IMG/VR virus record: IMGVR_UViG_3300042344_000667
Coordinates: 1 to 58,260 of that record
Source of the DNA: a virus
Lineage: Duplodnaviria; Caudoviricetes
Reading direction: 5' to 3' (one strand)
Length of the DNA: 58,260 nucleotides
Shown here in pieces: positions 38,924 to 47,753 of the stretch (position 1 is its first letter; each line of letters starts with the position of its first letter). A program made the position numbers and the translations under genes. The notes under the pieces are model-generated. The model worked only from the letters and a program-made list of their open reading frames with translations. It searched no databases and had not been told where the DNA came from.

Positions 38924-41264
38924 GGCGAATACCTGTGATCAAGTAAGCGTAGTCTCGCGTTTCCGTAACCCAGGTTTGTGCGTCGCATACGTCGCACTTG
39001 CCGATTCGACTGCTGCTGCACCCAACGCTGTAAACGCCATACGTGGTGCCGCATGACTTGCAGCACTGGTAGGCGTTGCGCAGACGCTCCAGCAGATCGT
39101 CAGACTGTTTGGGCCAGGCTTCATCAGCGATCTGCCAGAGGTGGTCGACAAATGCTTGAAGCTGTTCTCGGTTTTTGAAGTCTTGCTGGTAATAAGAGTC
39201 ATCGTCATTGGACAGGAACACCCTGCCGTTCTTGACCCAGGCTGTATGAGTGCAGTTACCACCTTTGGGATCATGTTTTTTTGACGACGCTTGAGGATGG
39301 GTCATTTGTCCAACTCCTTAACGAGCAAATTCGGCGGTGACGACAAAAGCATCTTCCTCGTCAATGGCTTCAAGCTCATCAGCGATTGCGAGGAGTTGGG
39401 TGCGGATAGCCTGAGATTGACGCCACTGCACATTAGAGATGAAATTGCCCATGTGCGGCGAGCTGGCTGGCTCTTGTTGATCTTGCACCACCTGATCCGC
39501 AGCAGCGCGAAGGACGGCGGCGACATCGGATTTGATCTGGTCAATCGACTTCGGACAGGCGTAGTAAGGTACGTCGTAGCGATTAAGTGTTACGGCGTTC
39601 AGTACTGCTTGCGCGGCGGGGGAGAGATCAAAAGCGGGTGCCATGGTAGTCACAAGACGAACAATGAACGCGATATTGAGGGGGATAACTACCAAGCACC
39701 GTAGAAGGGTTGGAATCTAGCAATTCACAACCACAGGCTGGACAAGCAATTCCGTTTCTACGGGGACGTGTGAAGTCATAAAGAGTACCGTGCTTTTTGT
39801 TGTGCTCTTCAAGTGAGATTAGGCCAGTCATTGACGGTAATTGATCAAGTGATGGATTGCGATCCAGAGCATGGGATTAGCCAAAAAACCAATCATAAAT
39901 GCTTGTATCATTCGGTTGTCAATCATCGGGGGTCTCCAGTCGATAGGGAGCAGTGAGTTGGCCGTGCTCGTCAACAAAGCCCGCCTCCTGCAGGAACTGC
40001 CTGGCGGCAGCACGATCACCGGCCAGAGCTCGGTCAAGCAAGGTGGGAGCGGTTAATTCAGTGGCAAACTCTTCAAGGGTGTCAACCGTTACCCCGTGCC
40101 AATACTCGTCGCCATCGCTGTAGTTGTCCCAGGTGGCGGCCAAGTGCAGCAGCACGTTGGCAATGCCCTCGCGAACGCTTTCGCCGTACTCAAACTCTTC
40201 TATTAGACGCTGGGCGCGGGAGGTGAGATGGTCAGTCATTGGACTGCTCCTCCACAAGCGGCAGTGTGGGGCCAAGGCTTTCAAGCCAACACAACATGCA
40301 CCAGTGCCCTTCGTGGCCTTCAATGTCGCTGCTGATGTAATGCTTGTGCGTGCCGTGTTTGGGGCACGCAATTTGCTTCTGGGAAATCTTTAGATTCAAG
40401 AAATCAGTCATCGAGCTGCTCCAGTGCGCGGCGGATGGTGTCAACCTCAGCTTCACTCCAAAAATCTTTTGGATATTTCAGCGTTTCCAGCGCCTGCTCC
40501 TTCAAGCTCTGAGGTTTAGGCCGGCGTGTGGCGCGGAGTGCGTTTGCACCAATATTGGGATAGTCATGCTGTAGCCACTCACAGCACGCCTCCAGCTCAG
40601 CGGCTGCTCCTGCTCTGTAAATATCTTCAAACATTGCATAGAGTGATCTCCCTGCTTCAAACTGTTCTGACCACTTTTGGATCAGCTCCGGCGGCGGGAC
40701 AATGGGGTGCTCAGTTGTCATCAGTTTTCTCCAGGTTGGAAGCGGTTTGTTCAGCCCATGCCAGCAGGTCGCGAACGCGCACCATTTGGCTACCTTCTTC
40801 TGGCCCTTCAGCAACACGCCAATGGCAATCGGCAGTGTCTTTGATTGCGTTGTAGATGACAGCGCGGATGAGTTGAGCAGAGGTTGTGTGGAATTCTTGA
40901 AGTTTGGAATTAGTCATCGAGCTGCTTTAGTGTGTGGCAAATTGTTGATCCTCGTAGTGCGTAGATCTAAAAATCACAGTAGTGAAAAGCCGCATCAAGC
41001 AACCAGCAATACTCCAAATAAGCGATCTGCCATTCAAGATCACTATCGAACATGTAGCGCCATTCACGCATCATCCTCAAGCTCCTTCAGCATTTGCTGA
41101 AGAATATCAACATTCTCAAGGCTCTTGGCAATGACGCTAAGCAGCAGATACGTAACAAGTCCAGGAAAAAATAATCCCAAAACTCCAAATGCAAGTAAGG
41201 AGAAGCGACCTTTAAATCCCAAAGTCTCAGCGCATGTCTTGCAAAAATCGCTCGCCTTGCTCAT
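38892..41264 (-). other. Array of ~8 small, tightly coupled accessory ORFs
   Basis: ORFs 38892-39305, 39318-~39650, 39628-39831, ~39919-40239, 40232-~40411, 40404-40721, 40711-40917, 41064-41264; many start MT and carry CxxC pairs. Confidence 0.6.
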
Positions 41265-41929
41265 GCCGCCACCTCCCGAACGCCAAACACTAGCTCAGCA
41301 ACCTTCGACTCACGCATCTTTCGCAACCACCTGCGCTGCTCACCATCCCACCGGAACCCAGCATCCTTTGCCTTTTGACGGTCGTCATAGCTCACCATCG
41401 CCATGTATAACCGCTTTGGTTCCAACGCTTGCGTCAGCAGCAATTCCAAATCAGGCTCGCGCTCCATTACCTGCGCCAGATAAATGCAATCAGTCAGCGC
41501 GCGATGTGCTGCCCACACTGGTACGCCATAAGCAAGCGCAAGATGCGTCACAGCAGGGCGGCTCCGTGTGACACGAGGCCACTCCACATCATCCATCGTG
41601 CAAATCCACTGCTGACCGAGCGCAGGCAGCGAACCGTGACCGAACCATTGCCGGTCGAAGTCAGTGTTATGAGCCACGATGTAGTCAGCCTGTTTTGCCA
41701 TTGCATAGAAATACTCCATGCCAGCGCGAACAGCTTGCGGGCGTTTTGTTAGCTCCGCCCTGATTCCGTTAATGTGCGCAACCGGATTCTCATCCGTTGG
41801 CAACAAAAACGAGCACTGCCCCAAAACAGCACGCTCATCAACGCTAAATAAAATTCCGCCCACTTCAATGCAGCGCGCATCAGCAGGCGTCAGACCAGTC
41901 GTCTCTGTGTCAACAATTAGTAAATTCAT
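41261..41929 (-). CDS. DEDDh 3'-5' exonuclease (DnaQ-like)
   Basis: IVDTETTGL, VAHNTDFD, AHRALTDC; C-terminal AKDAGFRWD domain. Confidence 0.9.
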   Translation of the reverse strand: MNLLIVDTETTGLTPADARCIEVGGILFSVDERAVLGQCSFLLPTDENPVAHINGIRAELTKRPQAVRAGMEYFYAMAKQADYIVAHNTDFDRQWFGHGSLPALGQQWICTMDDVEWPRVTRSRPAVTHLALAYGVPVWAAHRALTDCIYLAQVMEREPDLELLLTQALEPKRLYMAMVSYDDRQKAKDAGFRWDGEQRRWLRKMRESKVAELVFGVREVAA

Positions 41930-42294
41930 CGGCGTAAACGATTAGAAAAATCGAACGTGTAACCCTTGCTTTCGGGTTCGCGATAAGTTTTGCCTTTGCA
42001 AATATCGCAGATGCAAGTTTCGCTTACATCAAATGACCTTGCGAGTGAAAGCAGCGTTTCACCCATGCTTCGTCTGCGCTTAATCTCCTCGATCTGCGCA
42101 TCAGACATCCATTCCTTCTTGCGGCCACGCTTAATTGGATCCTGCTCCAATGGTGGGCGGCGGCGAATTCGCCTAATCACACTGGTAAGCGCAGGATGTA
42201 CATTTACGATTCGCGAAATCGAATCGTAGTCGTAACCTTGACTGCGAAGATCCCAGATACGATCTTCCTTGACAATTGAAATACGTTGCTTCAT
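41926..42294 (-). CDS. Double-HTH DNA-binding protein
   Basis: LRSQGYDYDSISRIV and GETLLSLARSFDVSETCICDI. Confidence 0.6.
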   Translation of the reverse strand: MKQRISIVKEDRIWDLRSQGYDYDSISRIVNVHPALTSVIRRIRRRPPLEQDPIKRGRKKEWMSDAQIEEIKRRRSMGETLLSLARSFDVSETCICDICKGKTYREPESKGYTFDFSNRLRR

Positions 42295-42429
42295 GGATTA
42301 AGCAGCACTGCCTGCCTATAAAAACGTGCAAGGTTCGAATTCATCAGCTTGTGCCTAGCCTCAACGGCGGTCACCGCTCTGATTACCTCGTAAAGATTCA
42401 GCGTCGGAAAAGCAAACACAAAGCGTCGC

Positions 42430-42768
42430 TCAGTCATCGAGTTGCTGCAGTGCTCGGCGGATGGTGTCACATACGAGGTTGCCACCGTGAGTCATTCGGA
42501 ATACGGTTGCAATTCCATCCAACTGCTCTAGCGCCTGCTCCTTCAGGCTCGGCGGTTTGGGACGGCGGGCGGCGCGGAGTTTGTCAGCGCGTATTTCGTC
42601 CCAGCCTTCTTTCAGCCACTCACAGCACGCCTCCAGCTCCTGGTCTGCGCCCCATTGGGCGGCCTGGGTGGCTACATCAGTTACCCACTGGTCAACAGGC
42701 ATCGCCTTGGCGCCAAGAAACCACTGCCGCACCAGCTCCGGCGGTGGGGTGATGGGATGCTCAGTCAT
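42430..42768 (-). CDS. Hypothetical protein (paralog of 40404-40721)
   Basis: MTEHPITPPPELV...ELEACCEWL...RRPKPPSLKEQALE...DTIRRAL. Confidence 0.65.
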   Translation of the reverse strand: MTEHPITPPPELVRQWFLGAKAMPVDQWVTDVATQAAQWGADQELEACCEWLKEGWDEIRADKLRAARRPKPPSLKEQALEQLDGIATVFRMTHGGNLVCDTIRRALQQLDD

Positions 42769-42897
42769 GCCGCACCACCTGCTGCGTGCCGGAGTGGGTG
42801 GGGCTGTGGTGTGCGCCAGCCTCAATGCCAAGCATTGCAAACGCCCACGCTGCAATCAATGCAGCGCAGATGTCCCCAAGTCGATGTGGTGTCATCA

Positions 42898-43125
42898 TCA
42901 ATCCTCCGCAAGCCGAACCAGTGTGTGCCCTGCCAGCATGCCGCGCACCTTAATCAATGCATGCGAATAATCACGCGCCTCAAAGCGCACCGTCTTGACT
43001 AGCTGCGTCGACCGGCTTCGAACAGTCGCAACAAAAGGGCGCTCCTCCCTCAAGCCACGCAATGCCTCTGCGCGGCCAGGCGACTCCGGCACCCCAGCAC
43101 GTTCCAAAATCTCAGTCCAATCCAT
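42898..43125 (-). CDS. Hypothetical protein
   Basis: MDWTEILERAGVPESPGR start; first gene of the minus-strand accessory run. Confidence 0.5.
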   Translation of the reverse strand: MDWTEILERAGVPESPGRAEALRGLREERPFVATVRSRSTQLVKTVRFEARDYSHALIKVRGMLAGHTLVRLAED

Positions 43126-43486
43126 AAGCGGTAACCCTTAGGGCTCGCCCACCCTACCCCAAATCTGGCTTAAGCGCAATGTCTTGCATAATCCAGGTCG
43201 GCAATAGGTGGTGTCCGCTGCCAGGTCAGCCATGCATCATCCTTCCGTTTGCGATGCCCGCAACAAACTCAACGACTGGATCGCCCACCACCTTCCCATC
43301 CTCTGCAGCGAAGCTGCCAGCGCCGAAGAAGCTGACATGGTGAGCAGCCTTGGTCGCCTAGCTCTCTGGACTCGCATTCAACTCAGCGCCATCGAAGAGC
43401 GACGAACCCAAGACTTCGAATCACAGATGTAAAGGTTTTGTCGCATTAGATGGCCCAGATGTGCTGCAGCAGCAGGGATCTGGGCT

Positions 43487-43843
43487 CTATCCTTCGGACC
43501 CTAGCACCCGCTGGGCATCCTCCACACTTCGCACGACAGCAGCCACACCACCCGCCTCCAGCACCACACGCCGCCAGTTCTCCTGCTCTGGCCTCACCCT
43601 TCCCGTAGCCGTCTTCACCTCCAAACTCACGAACTGCGCCACCTTCTGTCCCACCATCTCCGGTGTCACCGTCACTGTCCGCCAGCCCAGCAGATCAGCA
43701 GCGCCAGCTCCGCCGACACCAAACTCAACCCACCGCCCAGTTCTCGGATCTGGCAACTTACCCACATTGTTCCGAAACATTCGCACCCATGGCAGCTTCC
43801 CCAGCGCCAACCTGATCCGTTGCTGTATCGCCGTTTCGCTCAT
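43487..43843 (-). CDS. VRR-NUC domain nuclease
   Basis: MSETAIQ...FRNNVG...GAADLLG...LEVKT..GR...EQ..W....AGG..AVVRS. Confidence 0.88.
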   Translation of the reverse strand: MSETAIQQRIRLALGKLPWVRMFRNNVGKLPDPRTGRWVEFGVGGAGAADLLGWRTVTVTPEMVGQKVAQFVSLEVKTATGRVRPEQENWRRVVLEAGGVAAVVRSVEDAQRVLGSEG

Positions 43844-44064
43844 GTCTGCTAAATTTGCGGCCTAGAACCTTTCTGAGGTCTAGGCGATACCGTAGAGGCC
43901 GGCTGCGGGCAATAGGTGGACACCGCGTGAGGACCCACTACCGGCCACCCTCTTACAGTGACCACGTTCCCGCTCTGCTTTCGCATCGGGCAGTAGCCGG
44001 CCCCGGGTTCACTGGGGCTTGGCACTGTCTATCTCGCTACCGTAAGGCAAGTCGCGGGCGGTGC

Positions 44065-44250
44065 ATGCAGGCACACCTGGTTGAAATCAACGCCAAAGTC
44101 ATCATCCGCAGCGACATCCCAGCCGATGAGCTGCCCGCAAATATTTATTCGCAGCTTTCAGAATTTATTCACAACGACGACGACATCATCGATTTAGACA
44201 TAGGTGTATTCGTCCTTCCGCGCTGGGACGATGCGCCTGCCCCGCAGTAA
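44065..44250 (+). CDS. Small acidic hypothetical protein
   Basis: MQAHLVEINAKVIIRSD...; downstream of the structured intergenic region. Confidence 0.5.
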   Translation: MQAHLVEINAKVIIRSDIPADELPANIYSQLSEFIHNDDDIIDLDIGVFVLPRWDDAPAPQ

Positions 44251-44527
44251 ACGCGATCAAATTCACCTCGCGTGGAATTATGAATGCGCTTACTGCGCTG
44301 AACCCCTCGGACGTTCCGGTACCCTTGATCACGTCATCCCAAAAGCCCTCGGTGGCTCAGCAGAACTTCACAACACAATTTCCTGCTGTCTCGCTTGCAA
44401 TAGCTCCAAGGGCCATCGCGATTGGATCACTTGGTATCGCACTCAGCACTTCTGGTCTGATACCCGTGAATGGGCAATCGTTCTGTGGCTAGGGCAGAAG
44501 CAACCACGCCATCCACAACAACGCTGA
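44231..44527 (+). CDS. HNH endonuclease (second copy)
   Basis: CAYCA...TLDHVIPKALGG...NTISCCLACNSSKG. Confidence 0.82.
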   Translation: MRLPRSKRDQIHLAWNYECAYCAEPLGRSGTLDHVIPKALGGSAELHNTISCCLACNSSKGHRDWITWYRTQHFWSDTREWAIVLWLGQKQPRHPQQR

Positions 44528-44555
44528 ACACACGCCCACATACGCAGCGCACAGC

Positions 44556-44789
44556 TCAAGAATTAGCTTCAAGCTCATGGATCAACACCTTGAGTTCACC
44601 CACATATTCACGCAACTTCGCGGCTAGGTGCATGTGCCTAACATCACCTGTTTCGAAATACGCACAGTTATGACGGTCGACAGCCTGTAGCGCTTCCTTG
44701 ATCAGTGCATTCCATGGCGCTCTCACCGGAGTATTCCACTCGCGGCGGCTCGCTTCGCTTCCCGTGCAGCCATCACGCGACGCGCCCAT
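44556..44789 (-). CDS. Hypothetical protein
   Basis: REWNTPVRAPWNALIK...DRHN pattern; start uncertain. Confidence 0.45.
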   Translation of the reverse strand: MGASRDGCTGSEASRREWNTPVRAPWNALIKEALQAVDRHNCAYFETGDVRHMHLAAKLREYVGELKVLIHELEANS

Positions 44790-46132
44790 CCTGGTTTATA
44801 TCCCCTATCGCGGGCGATCGTTTCCAATTCTGACAAAGTTCGAGCCTGCGCCTGCTCTTTTTGCTTACTCTTAACCTCCGCTCTCTCCATCGCGGCCGCC
44901 TCTCGCATCGTAAATTCCACCAGCTCGCCATCAACCTGCTGCGGACCATTCCGCTGAATCGTCGTGTAAATATGTCCGCACATCGGACACACTGGCGCTG
45001 GCTCATGCACGCCAAAACACATCGGGCACTGCTTCACCGCAGGCGCATCTGATTTCTTCTTTTTCTTCCTTCCTTCCAAGCTCCACTCGCGCTGGATATC
45101 AGGCATCCCGTGCTCAAATACGCATCCCGCATGATCGAGCACCGTGCAATGCTGCTTCCCATCAGCAAGCCTGAGACCGCGACCAATAGCCTGCAAATAA
45201 AACGTCAAGCTCTTCGTTGGACGCAGCAAAATAATGCACTCGATCCCAGGTACATCAACGCCCGCTACCCATAGCTGGGCGTTGCACACCACATCCAGCC
45301 TTCCCGCACGCAATCCTTCTAATGCCTGCTTGCGCTCATCCTTCGTCGACTTGCCCGACACCGAAACTGCTCGATATCCCGCCGCTTTGAATTGATCCGC
45401 AACATGCTCTGCATGGCTAATGCTTACGCAAAACGCTACAGCCGGTCTACCACTGCACATCTTTCGATAATGCTGCACAGCATCACCCGTAATCGAAGCC
45501 TTGTCAACGGCCTCCTGCAGTTGCTCCAGCGCATAATCCCCGGCCCTGGTTCGGATGCCGCTTAGCTCTGGTTTGCTGGGAGCAAAATATTTAATCGGCG
45601 ACAGCATGCCATCATCAATAAGAGCAGCAGTGCTACAGGTCGGGATGATGCGGTCAAACATCTCCCCCAAGCCGCGACCATCAAGCCTGCATGGCGTACC
45701 GGTCAGGCCAAGTATTGGCGGATTGCCGGCAGCAGCCAATACCTGCTTATAGGTGTTCGCAACCGCAAGGTGACACTCATCGATAATGATCAACCCAGGC
45801 TTAATCGAAAACGATCGTCGCATCGCCGTCTGCACCGAAACCACCTGCACATCGCGGTACATATTGGTTGGCTTGCCAGCCATAATGAAGCCATGGGGTA
45901 TCTCAGCAGCGCGCAATCGAGCTGAGGTGTCATCCAAAATCTCGCGCAAATGCGCCAAAAACCACACGCGATTACCCTTCGCAATCGCAGATTTAATAAT
46001 CTCAGCGGCCGTAAAAGTCTTCCCTGCCCCAGTTGGAGCACACAAAATAGGCGCGCGGCAGCCTTCGGCATAAGCTGCGCGCACGTCTTGGATCGCTTTG
46101 ATTTGATGGGGGCGGAGTGCGCTCATGAGCAA
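44723..46132 (-). CDS. SF2 DEAD/DEAH-type helicase (RadD/YejH-like)
   Basis: LRPHQ, APTGAGKT, IIDECH, GLTGTP, QAIGRGLR, C-terminal CPMC..CPMC. Confidence 0.92.
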   Translation of the reverse strand: MLMSALRPHQIKAIQDVRAAYAEGCRAPILCAPTGAGKTFTAAEIIKSAIAKGNRVWFLAHLREILDDTSARLRAAEIPHGFIMAGKPTNMYRDVQVVSVQTAMRRSFSIKPGLIIIDECHLAVANTYKQVLAAAGNPPILGLTGTPCRLDGRGLGEMFDRIIPTCSTAALIDDGMLSPIKYFAPSKPELSGIRTRAGDYALEQLQEAVDKASITGDAVQHYRKMCSGRPAVAFCVSISHAEHVADQFKAAGYRAVSVSGKSTKDERKQALEGLRAGRLDVVCNAQLWVAGVDVPGIECIILLRPTKSLTFYLQAIGRGLRLADGKQHCTVLDHAGCVFEHGMPDIQREWSLEGRKKKKKSDAPAVKQCPMCFGVHEPAPVCPMCGHIYTTIQRNGPQQVDGELVEFTMREAAAMERAEVKSKQKEQAQARTLSELETIARDRGYKPGWARRVMAAREAKRAAASGILR

Positions 46133-47532
46133 TCAAAATGAACAGACTTACTGGCGCGTGTAGCAGCCACATAAAGCAATGAATTCCGATAATCAGACGT
46201 GCAACGATTTACATCACCGTCGACAAAAACATGCTTAAAAGTGCTGCCTTGAGACTTGTGGACTGTCATTACGCTTGCCGAATAAATAATAGGGAAATAT
46301 TTATCGTATTCGCGAACCGCAGCCCAAAATAAGTCGCATAGCGGAACCTTGTATTTCTTTAGATCGCCAATTTTTCGCTTAAATGCGCGGCGCTGCTTGC
46401 GCACGGTCTCATCGTCAAGCAGGGGGCAATATGCAGTAAAAATCATATAACTTTTTCTCAATATTAAGCGTTGAAATTTTCCTTCAAGTCTTACAGAAAG
46501 CTCTCTAGGTTGCCCGGAAGGGGTCCGATATTGCAATGGCCTTCCAAAAGTAAAATCAAGATCTACCAGATCAACCCTTTCAACTACTGCCTCCGTCTGA
46601 GAATAAATAACCTGCGATGGAACTCCGGGCTCCGCAGGTGGCAATTCAGTATATTTTGGAAAAGCAATGGTTTCTCCTGGTATCCAGCAGCTCAACGCCT
46701 TGTTACCGTGTAAATCAAGCCGAAGAGCTTTGGTCAAAAACTTGCATTCAGTATTGGTATGCGTTACAGCCCTAGCATCTAAACCGTAACTACGACAAAA
46801 CTCAAAAAAAGATCTCATCCATTCGAACTTATACCGGTAAACGTGAATTGATGACTCTTTGTCTACAATGCCGCGTGCGGGAAAAGTATGAAAATTGAAA
46901 AAATCATTGCGGATGGAAGTTGCGTAATCAAGGACTGGGCCGGAATGCCTGAGGACTTTTGTTAAGGAAAAGTTTTTCCTGTTTCTATCAAATTGATGGC
47001 ACATATTTTTACTATAAACAAAGCCCGTCTCATCTCCATCCTCATCGTGTACCGTTGATTCAACAGGTGGGAGCTGATATGGGTCTCCAGAAAAAAGTAA
47101 GCCAGCCTCGCACTCGTCAGCGATAAGTTGAATTGAATTTGCGGCTTCCTGGCTGACCATTGAAGACTCATCGACAACCACCAAAGCAAGCCTCTTCTGC
47201 TTCCACTGCTTGGCCAATTCCTTTGCCCTCTCAACGCTTGGTTTCTCAAATACGGTTTGATCTTCATGTTTTCTCCCTTTCTGCCCGATAAAAGATGCGA
47301 CAGTTAAAACCTTAAAGTTTCGCATTTTTTCCCTTAGCACGCTTCCAGCTTTATGAGTTGGGGTCAAAAAGACAGTCAACTGAGGATTTAGCCTCTTGGA
47401 CGCAAGCTGAAGGGTTGTCGTCTTGCCGGTGCCAGCGGCGCCATGAAACGACGCGCACAAGCCGACCTGTTGGAGGCCGTAAATGCCTCGGATCGCCCCG
47501 AGCTGGTCTTCTGTCGGTTTTGGTTGGGGCAT
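46123..47532 (-). CDS. SF1B helicase (Dda/RecD-like)
   Basis: GAAGTGKTT, VVDESSMV, GDPYQLPPV, TVHKSQGSTF, LYVAATRA. Confidence 0.88.
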   Translation of the reverse strand: MPQPKPTEDQLGAIRGIYGLQQVGLCASFHGAAGTGKTTTLQLASKRLNPQLTVFLTPTHKAGSVLREKMRNFKVLTVASFIGQKGRKHEDQTVFEKPSVERAKELAKQWKQKRLALVVVDESSMVSQEAANSIQLIADECEAGLLFSGDPYQLPPVESTVHDEDGDETGFVYSKNMCHQFDRNRKNFSLTKVLRHSGPVLDYATSIRNDFFNFHTFPARGIVDKESSIHVYRYKFEWMRSFFEFCRSYGLDARAVTHTNTECKFLTKALRLDLHGNKALSCWIPGETIAFPKYTELPPAEPGVPSQVIYSQTEAVVERVDLVDLDFTFGRPLQYRTPSGQPRELSVRLEGKFQRLILRKSYMIFTAYCPLLDDETVRKQRRAFKRKIGDLKKYKVPLCDLFWAAVREYDKYFPIIYSASVMTVHKSQGSTFKHVFVDGDVNRCTSDYRNSLLYVAATRASKSVHFDCS

Positions 47533-47594
47533 GGGGGTTGCCGTACTGCCTCACGGACTGTAGCATGGCAAAGCACTGGCGCAACTCCAGCACA

Positions 47595-47753
47595 ATGCCC
47601 CCAAAACAACCCCGCTCTGCCATTACTCTCGATATCCCGCCAGAGTTGCTGCACTTCTGCGACCAGCGCGCCAAACTGCTTTCCGTATCAAGATCGGCCT
47701 TCATCAGGCTTTTGATCGTCCAGGCCCGAGAGACCGCAGGCCAGCAATCGTAA
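47595..47753 (+). CDS. Ribbon-helix-helix regulator
   Basis: ITLDIPPELL..CD..A....VSRSAFIRLLI; divergent from the helicase, coupled to the primase. Confidence 0.7.
   Translation: MPPKQPRSAITLDIPPELLHFCDQRAKLLSVSRSAFIRLLIVQARETAGQQS

Noticed and set aside
43861-43950. HDV-like/theta ribozyme (GGCCGG start, TCCTCAC loop)
   Set aside because: P3/P1 order and the catalytic C-GAA junction do not fit; kept only as a generic structured RNA candidate
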